Under the pieces are notes generated by a model. It worked only from the letters and a program-made list of their open reading frames with translations. It made no database searches and was not told the origin of the DNA. A stretch of 64,000 nt of DNA from Myxococcaceae bacterium (lineage in GTDB: Bacteria; Myxococcota; Myxococcia; Myxococcales; Myxococcaceae), in the NCBI GenBank assembly GCA_035543115.1, contig DATKKF010000008.1, forward strand, positions 11,404 to 75,403, given 5' to 3'. Shown here in pieces: positions 1-10,642 of the stretch. The translations under genes and the position numbers were made by a program. Within the stretch, counting starts at the first letter, position 1. Each line of letters begins with the position of its first letter.

Positions 1-263
1 GCGGGGGAACCAATCCCCAGTCACTGACCTTCACCTCGTCGAACGAGCTCGCCCACACCCACACCGTGAGCCTGCAGCTGACCGAGATCTCCACTCCGCC
101 AGCCGCCGGGGTCACCAAGACAACGTCGAACGACCTCGCTCACACGCACATGGTCAGTCTCACGGCCGCAGACCTGGACTCGATCAACCAGGGCAACACG
201 GTCACCAAGACCACGACCAACGACGACAACCACACGCATTCCTTCGCGTTCCGGAAGAGCTGA
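1..263 (+). CDS. C-terminal fragment of a repeat protein; 5' end lies outside the window. It has three ~30-aa units, each carrying an H-T-H triad.
   Basis: The frame is open from base 3 to TGA at 261-263; track ORF 66..263 is its tail. Translation reads ..SLTFTSSNELAHTHTVSL..TKTTSNDLAHTHMVSL..TKTTTNDDNHTHSFAFRKS. I recognise no family. Confidence 0.6.
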   Translation, partial: GGTNPQSLTFTSSNELAHTHTVSLQLTEISTPPAAGVTKTTSNDLAHTHMVSLTAADLDSINQGNTVTKTTTNDDNHTHSFAFRKS

Positions 264-276
264 GGCGCCGGCGGCG

Positions 277-303
277 GGCCCGTCCGTCCGGGGACGGAGG
301 GCC
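277..303. terminator. GC-rich hairpin between convergent gene ends; possible bidirectional terminator.
   Basis: tccgtc (283-288) pairs with gacgga (293-298) around a 4-nt loop. The stem extends through ggccc/gggcc with a 1-nt bulge. There is no clear U tract. Confidence 0.35.
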
Positions 304-308
304 GGCAG

Positions 309-1747
309 TCAGTCTCCGAGCTTCGCCTTCAGCGCGGCGTTGACCAGGGCGGGGTTCCCCTTGCCCTTCATCGCCTTCATCACCTGGCCGACGAGGAAGC
401 CGAGCACCTGCTTCTTTCCGGCCCGGTACTTCTCCACCTCGCCGGGGTTCGCCGCCAGCACCGCGTCCACCGCGGCCTCGACCGCGCCCGAGTCCTGCAC
501 TTGGGCGAGCCCCTTCTCCCGGGCGATGTCCTTCGGCGCGCGGCCCGAGCGGAACATCTCGGCGAACACTTCCTTGGCCGCGTTGTTGGAAAGCTCCCCT
601 GCGTCGACCAGCTCGAGCAGCGCCGCGAACTGCTGCGGCGAGAACTTCAGCGCCCCCAGCTCGGTCGACTCCTCCTTCAAGAGGCGCAGCAGCTCGCCGG
701 TGAACCAGTTGGCCAGCTTCTTCGCCGGCCCACCGTACGCCGCCTGCACCTTCTCGAAGAAGTCCGCCAGCGCACGGTCACCGACCAGGATCTTCGCGTC
801 GTATGGCGGCAGCCCGAAGGTGGCGATGAACCGGTTCAGCTTGGCCCGCGGCAGCTCCGGGATCTCTCGCTCGATGCGCTCGACGTAGCCGGCCGGAATG
901 CGCAAGGGCGGAAGGTCCGGCTCGGGGAAGTAGCGGTAGTCGTGCGCCTCCTCCTTGCTGCGCATGCTCCGGGTCTCGCCCCGGACTGCGTCGAACAGCC
1001 GGGTCTCCTGGGCGACCTTGCCGCCCGACTCGATCAGCTCCACTTGCCGGCCGATCTCGTAGTCGATGGCCTTCTGCACGAAGCGGAAGGAGTTGATGTT
1101 CTTCAGCTCCACCCTCTGCCCGTACTGGGCCGCGCCCTTGCGCATCACCGAGACGTTGGCGTCGCAGCGGAAGCTTCCCTCCTCCAGGTTGCCGTCATTG
1201 ACGCCCAGGTACACCAGGACGTCGCGGAGCGCCTTCATGTACTCGACCGCCTCGGCGCTGGAGCGGATGTCCGGCTCGCTGACGATCTCCACCAGCGGCA
1301 CGCCGGAGCGGTTCAGGTCCACCAGGCTCTCGCCCCCGCCTGCGTCGTGGACGTTCTTCCCCGCGTCCTCCTCCAGGTGGATGCGGAGGATGCGGATGCG
1401 CTTCAGGCCGTCGTCGGTGTCGATCTCCAGCGCGCCGTGCTCGCAGAGCGGCTGATCGTACTGGCTGATCTGGTAGCCCTTCGGGAGGTCCGGATAGAAG
1501 TAGTTCTTCCGCGCCCAGATGCTGACCGGGTTGATGCGGCACTCCAGCGCCCGGCCGGTGCGCACCGCGAGCTCCACCACCTTCTCGTTCAGCACCGGGA
1601 GCACGCCCGGCATCCCCAGACACACCGCGCAGGTGTGGGCGTTGGGCGGCGCGCCGAACTCGGTGGAGCAGCCGCAGAAGATCTTGCTCCGGGTGAGGAG
1701 CTGGGCGTGCACCTCGAGCCCGATGACCGGCTGGAAATCGGACACGC

Positions 1748-1751
<4 letters not shown>
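309..1751 (-). CDS. gatB: Asp-tRNA(Asn)/Glu-tRNA(Gln) amidotransferase subunit B
   Basis: Full-length GatB-like sequence: [20 protein letters not shown]...[16 protein letters not shown] trimmed track ORF 309..1928 to the ATG at 1751, which forms an ATGA overlap with the gatA stop. Confidence 0.95.
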
Positions 1752-3220
<1,469 letters not shown>

Positions 3221-3224
3221 CGGT

Positions 3225-3512
3225 TCACTCGATGATGCGCGGCACGGCGAAGCTCGTCCCGACCTTCGCCGGCGCGTTGCCCAGCGCCTTCTCCGGCGGG
3301 AACGACGGGCGCACCTCGTCGGGCCGCCAGGGAGCCACCTCGCCTGCGGCGTGGGAGGTGGGCTCGACGGTGGACGTGTCCACGCGCGACAGCTCGGCCA
3401 CCGCGTCGAGGATGGCGCTGAGCTGGCTGCGCATCAGCGTCTCCTCCTCGGCCGAGAGGGAGAGCCGGGCCAGGCTGGCCACGTGCCGCACCTCTTCCAG
3501 GGTGAGGGACAT
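3225..3512 (-). CDS. gatC: Asp-tRNA(Asn)/Glu-tRNA(Gln) amidotransferase subunit C
   Basis: 95-aa product [24 protein letters not shown]... is typical of GatC. I trimmed track ORF 3225..3701 to the internal ATG at 3512. Confidence 0.9.
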   Translation of the reverse strand: MSLTLEEVRHVASLARLSLSAEEETLMRSQLSAILDAVAELSRVDTSTVEPTSHAAGEVAPWRPDEVRPSFPPEKALGNAPAKVGTSFAVPRIIE

Positions 3513-3514
3513 GC

Positions 3515-3841
3515 TCAGTCGTTCTTGAAGATGTTGAGCAGCGCCCCGACCACCGCGTGCCGCTCCTCCGGGTGCTGGAGCTGCTTCTGGAACTGCTCCA
3601 GGTCGGAGGCGTCGAGCCACACACCCCTGCAGTTGAAACAGGTGTCGACATCCACCGAGCCGCGCCTGAGCGTGTGCAGGTCGAAGCCACACTTGGGGCA
3701 CTTCATGTAGTGGAGCGTGCGGAGCGCCTCCTTCTGCTGCTCGGCCATGACCTGGGCCTGCTGGAAGGCCAGCTTCCGCTTCTTCTCCACGTCCTCGCGG
3801 GCGAAGTACTCGTCCTCATCCTTCGAAGGCTTGTCCAGCAT
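3515..3841 (-). CDS. TFIIB-type zinc-ribbon domain protein (zf-TFIIB-like)
   Basis: CPKCG..x..CFNCRGVWLD is a four-Cys ribbon followed by the W-L-D motif typical of this small family. Its stop lies 2 nt before the gatC start. Confidence 0.8.
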   Translation of the reverse strand: MLDKPSKDEDEYFAREDVEKKRKLAFQQAQVMAEQQKEALRTLHYMKCPKCGFDLHTLRRGSVDVDTCFNCRGVWLDASDLEQFQKQLQHPEERHAVVGALLNIFKND

Positions 3842-3862
3842 GGTTCTTCCCTTCTGCCCTGA

Positions 3863-5446
3863 CTACCGAAGAGCGTTCAAGGCCTCTCGCGCCCGACCTG
3901 CCTCCGCGCCTTCGGGAGCAGCTTCCAGATAGCGCCCGTAGGCGTCGGCGGCCTCCGACGTCTGCCCCGTGCGGCGGTATGCCTCGCCGAGCCAGAACTC
4001 GGCCACTGAATAACGCGGATTCACCGCCAGGGCGCGACGGAACGCCGCCACCGCCGCACGTGGGTCGCCCACCTCGAGGAGCGCCCGGCCCTGGGCCAGG
4101 TGCGCCTCGGGGCGCGCGGGATCGAGCGCGATGGCGCGGTCGTACGCGTCGAGGGCCGCCCGGGCGCGGGCGTGCGCGCGATCGCGGTCACCCTGCGCCA
4201 TCCAGTCGTCGAAGGTGCGCGAGCGTGGCTCGGGCGCGGTGGTGCGGGGCCGGGCTGGTTCCGTCCCGGGCGGCGGCGTCACCGCGGCGACCGTGCGGGC
4301 CGGGGTGGGGGGAGCAGCCGGGCCCGGCGGCTCGGCGGACCCGCGGGGCGGCTCCGGACGGGCGCTGCCGCCCGTCCCGGCATCAACGCCTGCGCCCGTG
4401 GGCGTGGCGGTCGCGGCGCCTGCGTCCGCCCGCCCGGCCATCCCAGCGAGCAGCTCCTCCTTGGCCCGGCGCTCGCGCTCCCGGACCTCGGCTTCGTCGG
4501 CGGCGCGCGCCTTCTGGGCCTGCTCGAGGCGGCCCCGCTCGGCCTCCTGCCGGAACTTCTCCTCCTGCGCCGGCACCCAGATCTGGAAGTAGGCGGCGGC
4601 GGCGACCCCGAGCGCCGCCACCACGAGCACGGTCGCAACCCAGGGCGCCTTGCTCCTCGGCCTCGGGGATTCTCCCCAGGCCTCGCCATCGTCCACGAGG
4701 CCGGGGTCGACACCCAGACCTGCGCGGCGGGTGAACTGCGGCTGGTCCGCGGCCTGGTCGGTCTCCTCCGCCGGCGCCTGGGGCTCGACCGTGCCCTCGG
4801 GCATCGGGAGGTCGTCCGGCGAGGGCTGGGCCGCCTGGCGGATCGCCTCGAGCGAGAAGGCAGAGGGCGGGCCGGGGCGCGGCGTCTCGGCCGGAGACGG
4901 CGGCGGGGGGGCCGGGACGGCGAAGACCGGGGCGGGCTTCCGAGCGGCCTCCGGCGGTGGCTCGAGCGGTGTCTCGAGGCGGATGGGGGTCGGGGTGGGC
5001 GGCGCGGGGCTGGCCTCGTCCGGCAGCTCGACCCGGTGCAGGCGCTCCTCGAGCTCGTGGACCCGGTCCACCTCATCGAGGAGGAGGAAGAAGGGCTGAA
5101 GCTCGGCGATGTCGCCCAGCCGCTTCCAGTGGTCGCCGTGGAGGCTGATCTCGTCGTCGCGGCCGAACTTCCTCTCGACGATCCACTTCTGCATGGACGT
5201 CAGCTCGCGGAAGGCGATCACCCGCCCGCTCGGGCTCCTGACCCGCCAGGGCGGCTTCTCCACCACTGGCGGGGGGACGGCGGTGGGTTCGCCCCCCGCG
5301 CCGACCGCCTCGGTCATGAGGAGGACCTTCTTCCGGACCCGGAAGACGTGGCCGCAGGTGGTGCAGCGCACGGTCGTCCCCGCCTCGGAGACCCGCGCGT
5401 CGTCGAGCTCGTACAGCGTCTTGCACCGCTCGCAGCGGACGTCCAT
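3863..5446 (-). CDS. MJ0042-type zinc-finger protein with Pro-rich linker, one TM segment, charged coil and C-terminal TPR repeats
   Basis: N-terminus MDVRCERCKTLYELDD...VRCTTCGHVFRV. TM segment WVATVLVVAALGVAAAAYF. The C-terminus is TPR-like (AHLAQGRALLEVGDPRAAVAAFRRALAVNPRYSVAEFWLGEAY). The upstream 886 codons of track ORF 3863..8104 are antisense to ftsK and were rejected. Confidence 0.8.
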   Translation of the reverse strand: MDVRCERCKTLYELDDARVSEAGTTVRCTTCGHVFRVRKKVLLMTEAVGAGGEPTAVPPPVVEKPPWRVRSPSGRVIAFRELTSMQKWIVERKFGRDDEISLHGDHWKRLGDIAELQPFFLLLDEVDRVHELEERLHRVELPDEASPAPPTPTPIRLETPLEPPPEAARKPAPVFAVPAPPPPSPAETPRPGPPSAFSLEAIRQAAQPSPDDLPMPEGTVEPQAPAEETDQAADQPQFTRRAGLGVDPGLVDDGEAWGESPRPRSKAPWVATVLVVAALGVAAAAYFQIWVPAQEEKFRQEAERGRLEQAQKARAADEAEVRERERRAKEELLAGMAGRADAGAATATPTGAGVDAGTGGSARPEPPRGSAEPPGPAAPPTPARTVAAVTPPPGTEPARPRTTAPEPRSRTFDDWMAQGDRDRAHARARAALDAYDRAIALDPARPEAHLAQGRALLEVGDPRAAVAAFRRALAVNPRYSVAEFWLGEAYRRTGQTSEAADAYGRYLEAAPEGAEAGRAREALNALR

Positions 5447-5572
5447 GCCCTGGAGCGTGTGTGCATGGCACAGGGCTGGAAAATTGACCACCCCCGGCCC
5501 TGGCTCGACAGTCGTCTGCTGCTTCAGGTCGCAACAGGCAGCCCCCCTCGGGGGGCGAGGGAGCGGTACGTC

Positions 5573-8413
5573 ATGGCGGCCAGGCGGCCCCGTCCGGAAA
5601 AGAAGATCCTGTCGAAGCAGGAGGTCTCGTCGCGCAAGAAGGCGCTGGCCGTTCGGCGCGTCGAGGGGACGGGGGTGGGTCACCGCGCACTCCTGGGTGT
5701 CGCGCTCCTCGCCCTCTCGTGCCTGGCCCTGGTTGCCCTCCTGACGGACCCTGGATCGGCGGCGCCGCGCACCGCGCACAACGGAGCCGGGCCGGTGGGG
5801 CACGCGCTGGCGGCGCTCCTGGGGGGCATCCTGGGCATCGCCGCCCCGGCCATCCCTCTCGCCGGCGTCTACCTCTCGGGCGTCCTCCTGGTGGGCAAGC
5901 GGGAGAAGCGGCGCTGGCCGCAGTTCCTCGCGGCGGGGGTGCTGCTGGTGGCCACCTGCGTGCTCGTCCAGCTCGGGCTCGGCGCCCCGGGGCTTCATCC
6001 GCGCAACCCGCCCGGCGGCGCCCTGGGCGTGGCGGCGGCCGCGTGGCTGGTGGACCTCTTCGAGGTGCTGGGGACGGTCATCGTCGTCTCGGCGGTGGCC
6101 TTCGCAGCGATGCTGGTGGCCACCAACTTCGCGCTGCTCCGGGGCGTGGTGACGCTGGGCCACCTGCTCGGCGAGCTCGGGGGGAAGGCGAGGGGCGCGC
6201 TGGTGGCGTTCTGGGCGGCGCAGAAGGCGTCCTGGGCCGCCCGGGTCGAGGGGCGCGCCGCGGCGAAGCTGGAGGAGGCGGCGTTCCTCGCCCAGCTCGA
6301 GGCCGACGAGGAGGAGCTGAGCCAGGCCGAGACCGAGGCGATGGAGGCCGAGGCGGTGGCCGAGGAGGCGCTCCGGCTCGCGCGCGAATCCGAGAGCAAG
6401 GCGCTGGAGCGCACCAAGGACCCTCGGGCCGCGACGCCGCTGCTGCCGGGGGCCGATCCGGTCTGGACGCGCGAGCTGACCACGGTGGCAGCTCCTGCCC
6501 CCGAGACGCCGAAGCGGCGGCGCAAGGGCGACCAGCAACCGGAGATCGTCACTCCCCCGGCTCCGGCGGTCGCCACGCCGGCGCTCCTGACCCCGGCGGC
6601 GGCAGCGGCGCGCGACGAGGCGGTCTCCGACCCGGTCGAGGCCATCGTGCCCACGCCGGGCCGGGCCCCGCTCATCGTCGAGCCCAAGGCGCCGCCCAAG
6701 CCGAGCAAGCACAGGGAGCAGAACCAGTTCGAGTTCGTGGGCGGCCGTACCCAGTTCACCCCGCCGCCGCTGGACGTGCTCGATTTCGACCGGCCCGAGC
6801 GCAGCGCGCTCGACAAGGAGGCCTTCCTCAGCACCGCGGAGAAGCTCCGCGCCAAGCTGGCCGACTTCGGGATCGTGGGTGAGGTGGTGGAGATCCGCCC
6901 TGGCCCGGTGGTGACGATGTACGAGTTCCTGCCCGGTCCGGGGATCAAGGTCTCGAAGATCGCCGCACTGGCGGACGACCTGGCGATGGCGATGGAGGCG
7001 ATGCGGGTGCGCATCGTCGCGCCCATCCCCGGCAAGGGCGTGGTCGGCATCGAGGTGCCGAACCGCGACCGCGAGACGGTCTTCCTCAAGGAGATCGTCG
7101 AGCAGGACGTCTTCCAGCGCGCGAGTAGCAAGCTGACGATGGCGCTGGGCAAGGACATCGAGGGCATGCCGTACGTGCTCGATCTCGCCAAGGCGCCGCA
7201 CGTGCTGGCGGCGGGCACCACCGGGTCCGGCAAGTCGGTGGCGATGAACTCGATGGTGATGAGCATCCTCCTCAAGGCCACCCCCGAGGAGGTCCGCTTC
7301 ATCATGGTGGACCCGAAGATGCTCGAGCTGAGCGTCTACGAGGGCATCCCCCATCTTCTCTTGCCGGTGGTCACCGACCCGAAGAAGGCGGCGCTCGCGC
7401 TGCGCTGGGCGGTGGAGGAAATGGAGCGGCGCTACCAGCTGCTCTCCGAGGCCGGGGTGCGGAACATCGCCGGCTACAACAAGCTGGTGGAGAGCGCCAA
7501 GGGCGACGCCCGGGTGCTGCTGGAGAAGAAGCGCGAGGAGAAGAAGCCGAAGAAGTCCGCGTCGCTCCTGGTCGTCGACGTGGGCGAGGGCGAGTCCGAG
7601 GAGGACGCGCTGGCCCGGGCGAAGGAGGAGGAGGAGTCGATCGGCGTGGCCTCGCCGCTGGCCGTCACCGAGGATCCGCGCACCACCCTCGAGACCGAGG
7701 CCGACACCGAGACGTCCGAGCCGCCGAAGGAGCTGAAGAAACTCCCGTACCTGGTGGTCATCATCGACGAGCTCGCGGACTTGATGATGGTGGCGAGCCG
7801 CGAGGTGGAGACGTCGATCGCCCGGCTGGCCCAGATGGCTCGAGCCTCGGGCATCCACCTGCTGGTCGCGACGCAGCGCCCGTCCACGGACGTGGTGACC
7901 GGCGTCATCAAGGCGAACTTCCCGACCCGCATCAGCTTCATGCTCCGGAGCAAGCCGGACTCGATGACCATCCTGGGGACGGTGGGCGCGGAGTCCCTGC
8001 TGGGGATGGGCGACATGCTGCTGATGCCCCCGACCAGTGCCAACATGGTCCGGGTGCACGGCGCCTTCGTCAGCGAGACGGAGATCAAGCGCGCGGTCGA
8101 CCACCTCAAGGCGCAGGGCAAGCCGGTCTACGACGAGAACATCCTCAAGCCGCGCGGGGAGGACCTCGGCGACGGCGGGGCCGAGGACGAGCTGAGCGAC
8201 GAGCTCTACGACCAGGCGCTGGCCACGGTGAGCGAGATGCGCCAGGTGAGCATCTCCATGCTCCAGCGGAAGATGCGCATCGGCTACAACCGCGCCGCCC
8301 GGATGATCGAGCGGATGGAGCGCGACGGGGTGGTCGGGCCGGCCGACGGCGCGAAGCCGCGCGAGGTCCTGCTCCGGCCGCTCGGCGAGATGCCCGGCGC
8401 CGGCGCCGCCTGA
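5573..8413 (+). CDS. ftsK: DNA translocase FtsK
   Basis: N-terminal TM segments and a long linker, then the motor domain with Walker A (AAGTTGSGKSV), VVIIDELADLMM, and a C-terminal gamma (winged-helix) domain (LYDQALATVSEMRQVSISMLQRKMRIGYNRAARMIERME). Start set at ATG 5573 (MAARRPRPEKK). Confidence 0.93.
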   Translation: MAARRPRPEKKILSKQEVSSRKKALAVRRVEGTGVGHRALLGVALLALSCLALVALLTDPGSAAPRTAHNGAGPVGHALAALLGGILGIAAPAIPLAGVYLSGVLLVGKREKRRWPQFLAAGVLLVATCVLVQLGLGAPGLHPRNPPGGALGVAAAAWLVDLFEVLGTVIVVSAVAFAAMLVATNFALLRGVVTLGHLLGELGGKARGALVAFWAAQKASWAARVEGRAAAKLEEAAFLAQLEADEEELSQAETEAMEAEAVAEEALRLARESESKALERTKDPRAATPLLPGADPVWTRELTTVAAPAPETPKRRRKGDQQPEIVTPPAPAVATPALLTPAAAAARDEAVSDPVEAIVPTPGRAPLIVEPKAPPKPSKHREQNQFEFVGGRTQFTPPPLDVLDFDRPERSALDKEAFLSTAEKLRAKLADFGIVGEVVEIRPGPVVTMYEFLPGPGIKVSKIAALADDLAMAMEAMRVRIVAPIPGKGVVGIEVPNRDRETVFLKEIVEQDVFQRASSKLTMALGKDIEGMPYVLDLAKAPHVLAAGTTGSGKSVAMNSMVMSILLKATPEEVRFIMVDPKMLELSVYEGIPHLLLPVVTDPKKAALALRWAVEEMERRYQLLSEAGVRNIAGYNKLVESAKGDARVLLEKKREEKKPKKSASLLVVDVGEGESEEDALARAKEEEESIGVASPLAVTEDPRTTLETEADTETSEPPKELKKLPYLVVIIDELADLMMVASREVETSIARLAQMARASGIHLLVATQRPSTDVVTGVIKANFPTRISFMLRSKPDSMTILGTVGAESLLGMGDMLLMPPTSANMVRVHGAFVSETEIKRAVDHLKAQGKPVYDENILKPRGEDLGDGGAEDELSDELYDQALATVSEMRQVSISMLQRKMRIGYNRAARMIERMERDGVVGPADGAKPREVLLRPLGEMPGAGAA

Positions 8414-8456
8414 GCCTGGCGCGTCTCCGCCCGGCGATTAACCTCGGCCCGATGGG

Positions 8457-8978
8457 GTGTTCCTGGATCGACACCTGATGATCCGGGCATCCAGCCGCCA
8501 CGCAGTGGCGCGCCTTCGCAGGAGGGCTGGCGGCGCCCCGGTGCTCCTCACGGCGCTGCTCCTCGGTGCGCATCCCTCCGTGGCGCAGGCGGCGCTGGGC
8601 GAGTCCCGGGACGCGGTGGAGCGCGACTACGCCGCGCTCCACGGGACCAGCCTCCGCGTGAGCTCGACGATCTCTTACGAAGTGCACCAGATCACGACCG
8701 CCGACGCCGGCACGGTCCGGCAATACGTCGACCACGGAGGCACGGTCTTCGCGGTCACCTGGTCAGGACGGGTGCAGCCGGATCTCCGCCGGGTGCTCGC
8801 CGCTCACTACGCCCAGTACCTGGCCGCTGCCCGCGCTCCCCACCAGGGCCATCACCTGCTCTCGGTCTCCACTGCCGATCTGGTCCTCACGGTGGTGAAG
8901 CTCCCCCGCGGCTTCGCCGGGCATGCGCACCTCCCGTCGCTCCTTCCGGGCGGAGTGAAGGCCGAGGAGCTCCGCTGA
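8457..8978 (+). CDS. Secreted DUF2844-like protein
   Basis: Signal peptide ...VLLTALLLGAHPSVAQA. The core VRQYVDHGGTVFAVTWSG..PDL matches my memory of DUF2844. An alternative ATG start is at 8478. Confidence 0.7.
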   Translation: MFLDRHLMIRASSRHAVARLRRRAGGAPVLLTALLLGAHPSVAQAALGESRDAVERDYAALHGTSLRVSSTISYEVHQITTADAGTVRQYVDHGGTVFAVTWSGRVQPDLRRVLAAHYAQYLAAARAPHQGHHLLSVSTADLVLTVVKLPRGFAGHAHLPSLLPGGVKAEELR

Positions 8979-8989
8979 GGGGAGGAAGG

Positions 8990-10040
8990 ATGGCGGGAAT
9001 GCGTCTCTCGGTCTCCTCGCTCCTCGGTGGGCTCCTGCTCGCGGCGTGCTCTTCAGGGACGGGCCAGCATCTGGGCGGCGCCTTGCTCCCGAACGCTCCG
9101 CCAGGACAGGGCGGCCAGCCCCCGGCCGGCCTCACCGTCACCGTTGACCAGGGGCCGGACGGCCTGACCGCGACCGGTGAGGTGGCGGCAAACGTGCTCT
9201 ACGCCACCGTCACCGTGTGCACACCAGGGAGCACCACCGCCTGTGAGGACATCGACCACGTCCAGGTGGACACCGGCTCGACCGGGCTCCGCATCCTGCA
9301 CCAGGCGATGTCAGGAACGGCAGCGCCCCGCGCAGTGGTCGAACCGGCGACCCAGCTGCCCATCTCCCAGTGCGCCTTCTTCGCCGATGGCTGGACCTGG
9401 GGCTCTCTGTCGACAGCCGACGTGGTGATCGGTGGGAGGCGGATTCCCAACCTGGTCCTGAACGTGATCGGCGATCCGGCGTCCGGCACCGCGCCGGAGT
9501 CCTGCTCCAGCGGCACGTTCCGGAGGAGAGCACTGTGGCCGCGTTCGGGGCCAACGGCATTCTCGGCGTCGGCGTCTTCCTCCAGGACTGCGGGCAGTTC
9601 TGTGAGGAGCAGGTCCCCAGCAGCGGTGCGGCGCCGTACTACGTCTGCTCCGACGCGGGAACCTCGAGTCAGAGCTGCACGCCCACCACGGTCGCGCTCT
9701 CCGACCAGGCCTGGAACCCCGTGGCCCTGCTCGGGTCGGACAACAACGGGTTGCAGATCCAGCTCCCGCAGCCGCCGGCGCCGGCGGCGACCTCGGTGGT
9801 CGGGACGCTCGTCCCTGGCATCGGAACGGGGTGAGCAACGGCCTCGGTGCGGCGACCCTCCACCGAGCCAACCCCTCGGACGGGACGCTCCTCACGACCT
9901 ACGGCGGCCGGACCTTCAGCCAGAGCATCATCGACTCCGGGTCGAGCGGGTACTTCTTCTCCGACGCGACGATCCCGCAGTGCGCGGCCTCCGCGCCGGG
10001 CAGCGGCTTCATCCCCCCGGCTCCGCCCTCATATAGGTGA
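8990..10040 (+). pseudogene. DUF3443-type lipoprotein gene, disrupted by two -1 frame changes and lacking its 3' end
   Basis: The lipobox LLLAAC and the protein-like sequence run in frame 2 to ~9515. The sequence then continues in frame 1 (track ORF 9370..9834: ..PEESTVAAFGANGILGVGVF..) and in frame 0 (9831..10040: ..SNGLGAATL..IDSGSSGYFF..). It ends inside the convergent thioesterase gene. Confidence 0.6.
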
Positions 10041-10434
10041 GGACGTGATGGGTGAGGAGGTTCCCGCGGGGATCCATCACCAACGCTTCGCCGTACAGGA
10101 TGCGCCGGCCCGCCCGGAGGATGCGCGCCTCAGAGCGGATGTCCCCCAGGGTCGCGGGACGGAGGAACGACGAACTCATCTGGAGCGTCACCGCCGTGGG
10201 GTCCTCACCGATGACCGTCATCCCGGCGATCCAGAACGACACGTCCGCCAGGGTCATCGCGCAGCCGCCCTGGAGCACGGCGCCCGGCCGCTCGAAGTGC
10301 GGCTGGAACGGGAGGAGGAGCCGTGCGCGCCCTGGGCCGAGCTCCTCGACACGGTAGCCCCACCAGCGCCCGAAGGGGCTCGAGTCGATCATCCTCTGGG
10401 CGGCGTCGAGGTCGATGAGAGCCTCTCCGAGCAT
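10009..10434 (-). CDS. PaaI-family (hotdog fold) thioesterase
   Basis: 141 aa with the typical layout ..SPFGRWWGYRVEELGPGRARLLLPF..LQGGCAMTLADV... Confidence 0.85.
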   Translation of the reverse strand: MLGEALIDLDAAQRMIDSSPFGRWWGYRVEELGPGRARLLLPFQPHFERPGAVLQGGCAMTLADVSFWIAGMTVIGEDPTAVTLQMSSSFLRPATLGDIRSEARILRAGRRILYGEALVMDPRGNLLTHHVLTYMRAEPGG

Positions 10435-10642
10435 CGGCGCACGCTCCTACCCGGCTGCCGGGGCCGTCTTCTTCGGCACGGCGCACACCACCACGCCCAG
10501 CACGGCACGGCGCATCGGTTCCCTCCTCGGTCCGGATGGCGACCCCGAGTCAAGCACGGTTGCCAGCGCCGGACGGCAGCGATAGTGACCGGGGTCGCTC
10601 GCGCTGCACGGCGTCGTCGCCGCTGGCCCGCGTGCCTCCCCG

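Noticed and set aside
4100-5572. The N-terminal 491 codons of plus-strand ORF 4100..8413, upstream of the FtsK start.
   Set aside because: The region is antisense to the zinc-ribbon/TPR gene and has junk-like Arg/Gly composition. FtsK-like sequence, with its N-terminal basic region and TM segments, begins at ATG 5573.
5447-8104. The upstream 886 codons of the 1413-aa minus-strand ORF 3863..8104, running antisense to ftsK.
   Set aside because: The composition is Arg/Gly/His/Leu-rich and non-protein-like. The region overlaps the unmistakable FtsK gene on the other strand. Only the part downstream of ATG 5446 is homologous to a real zinc-ribbon/TPR protein. This is a typical high-GC shadow ORF.
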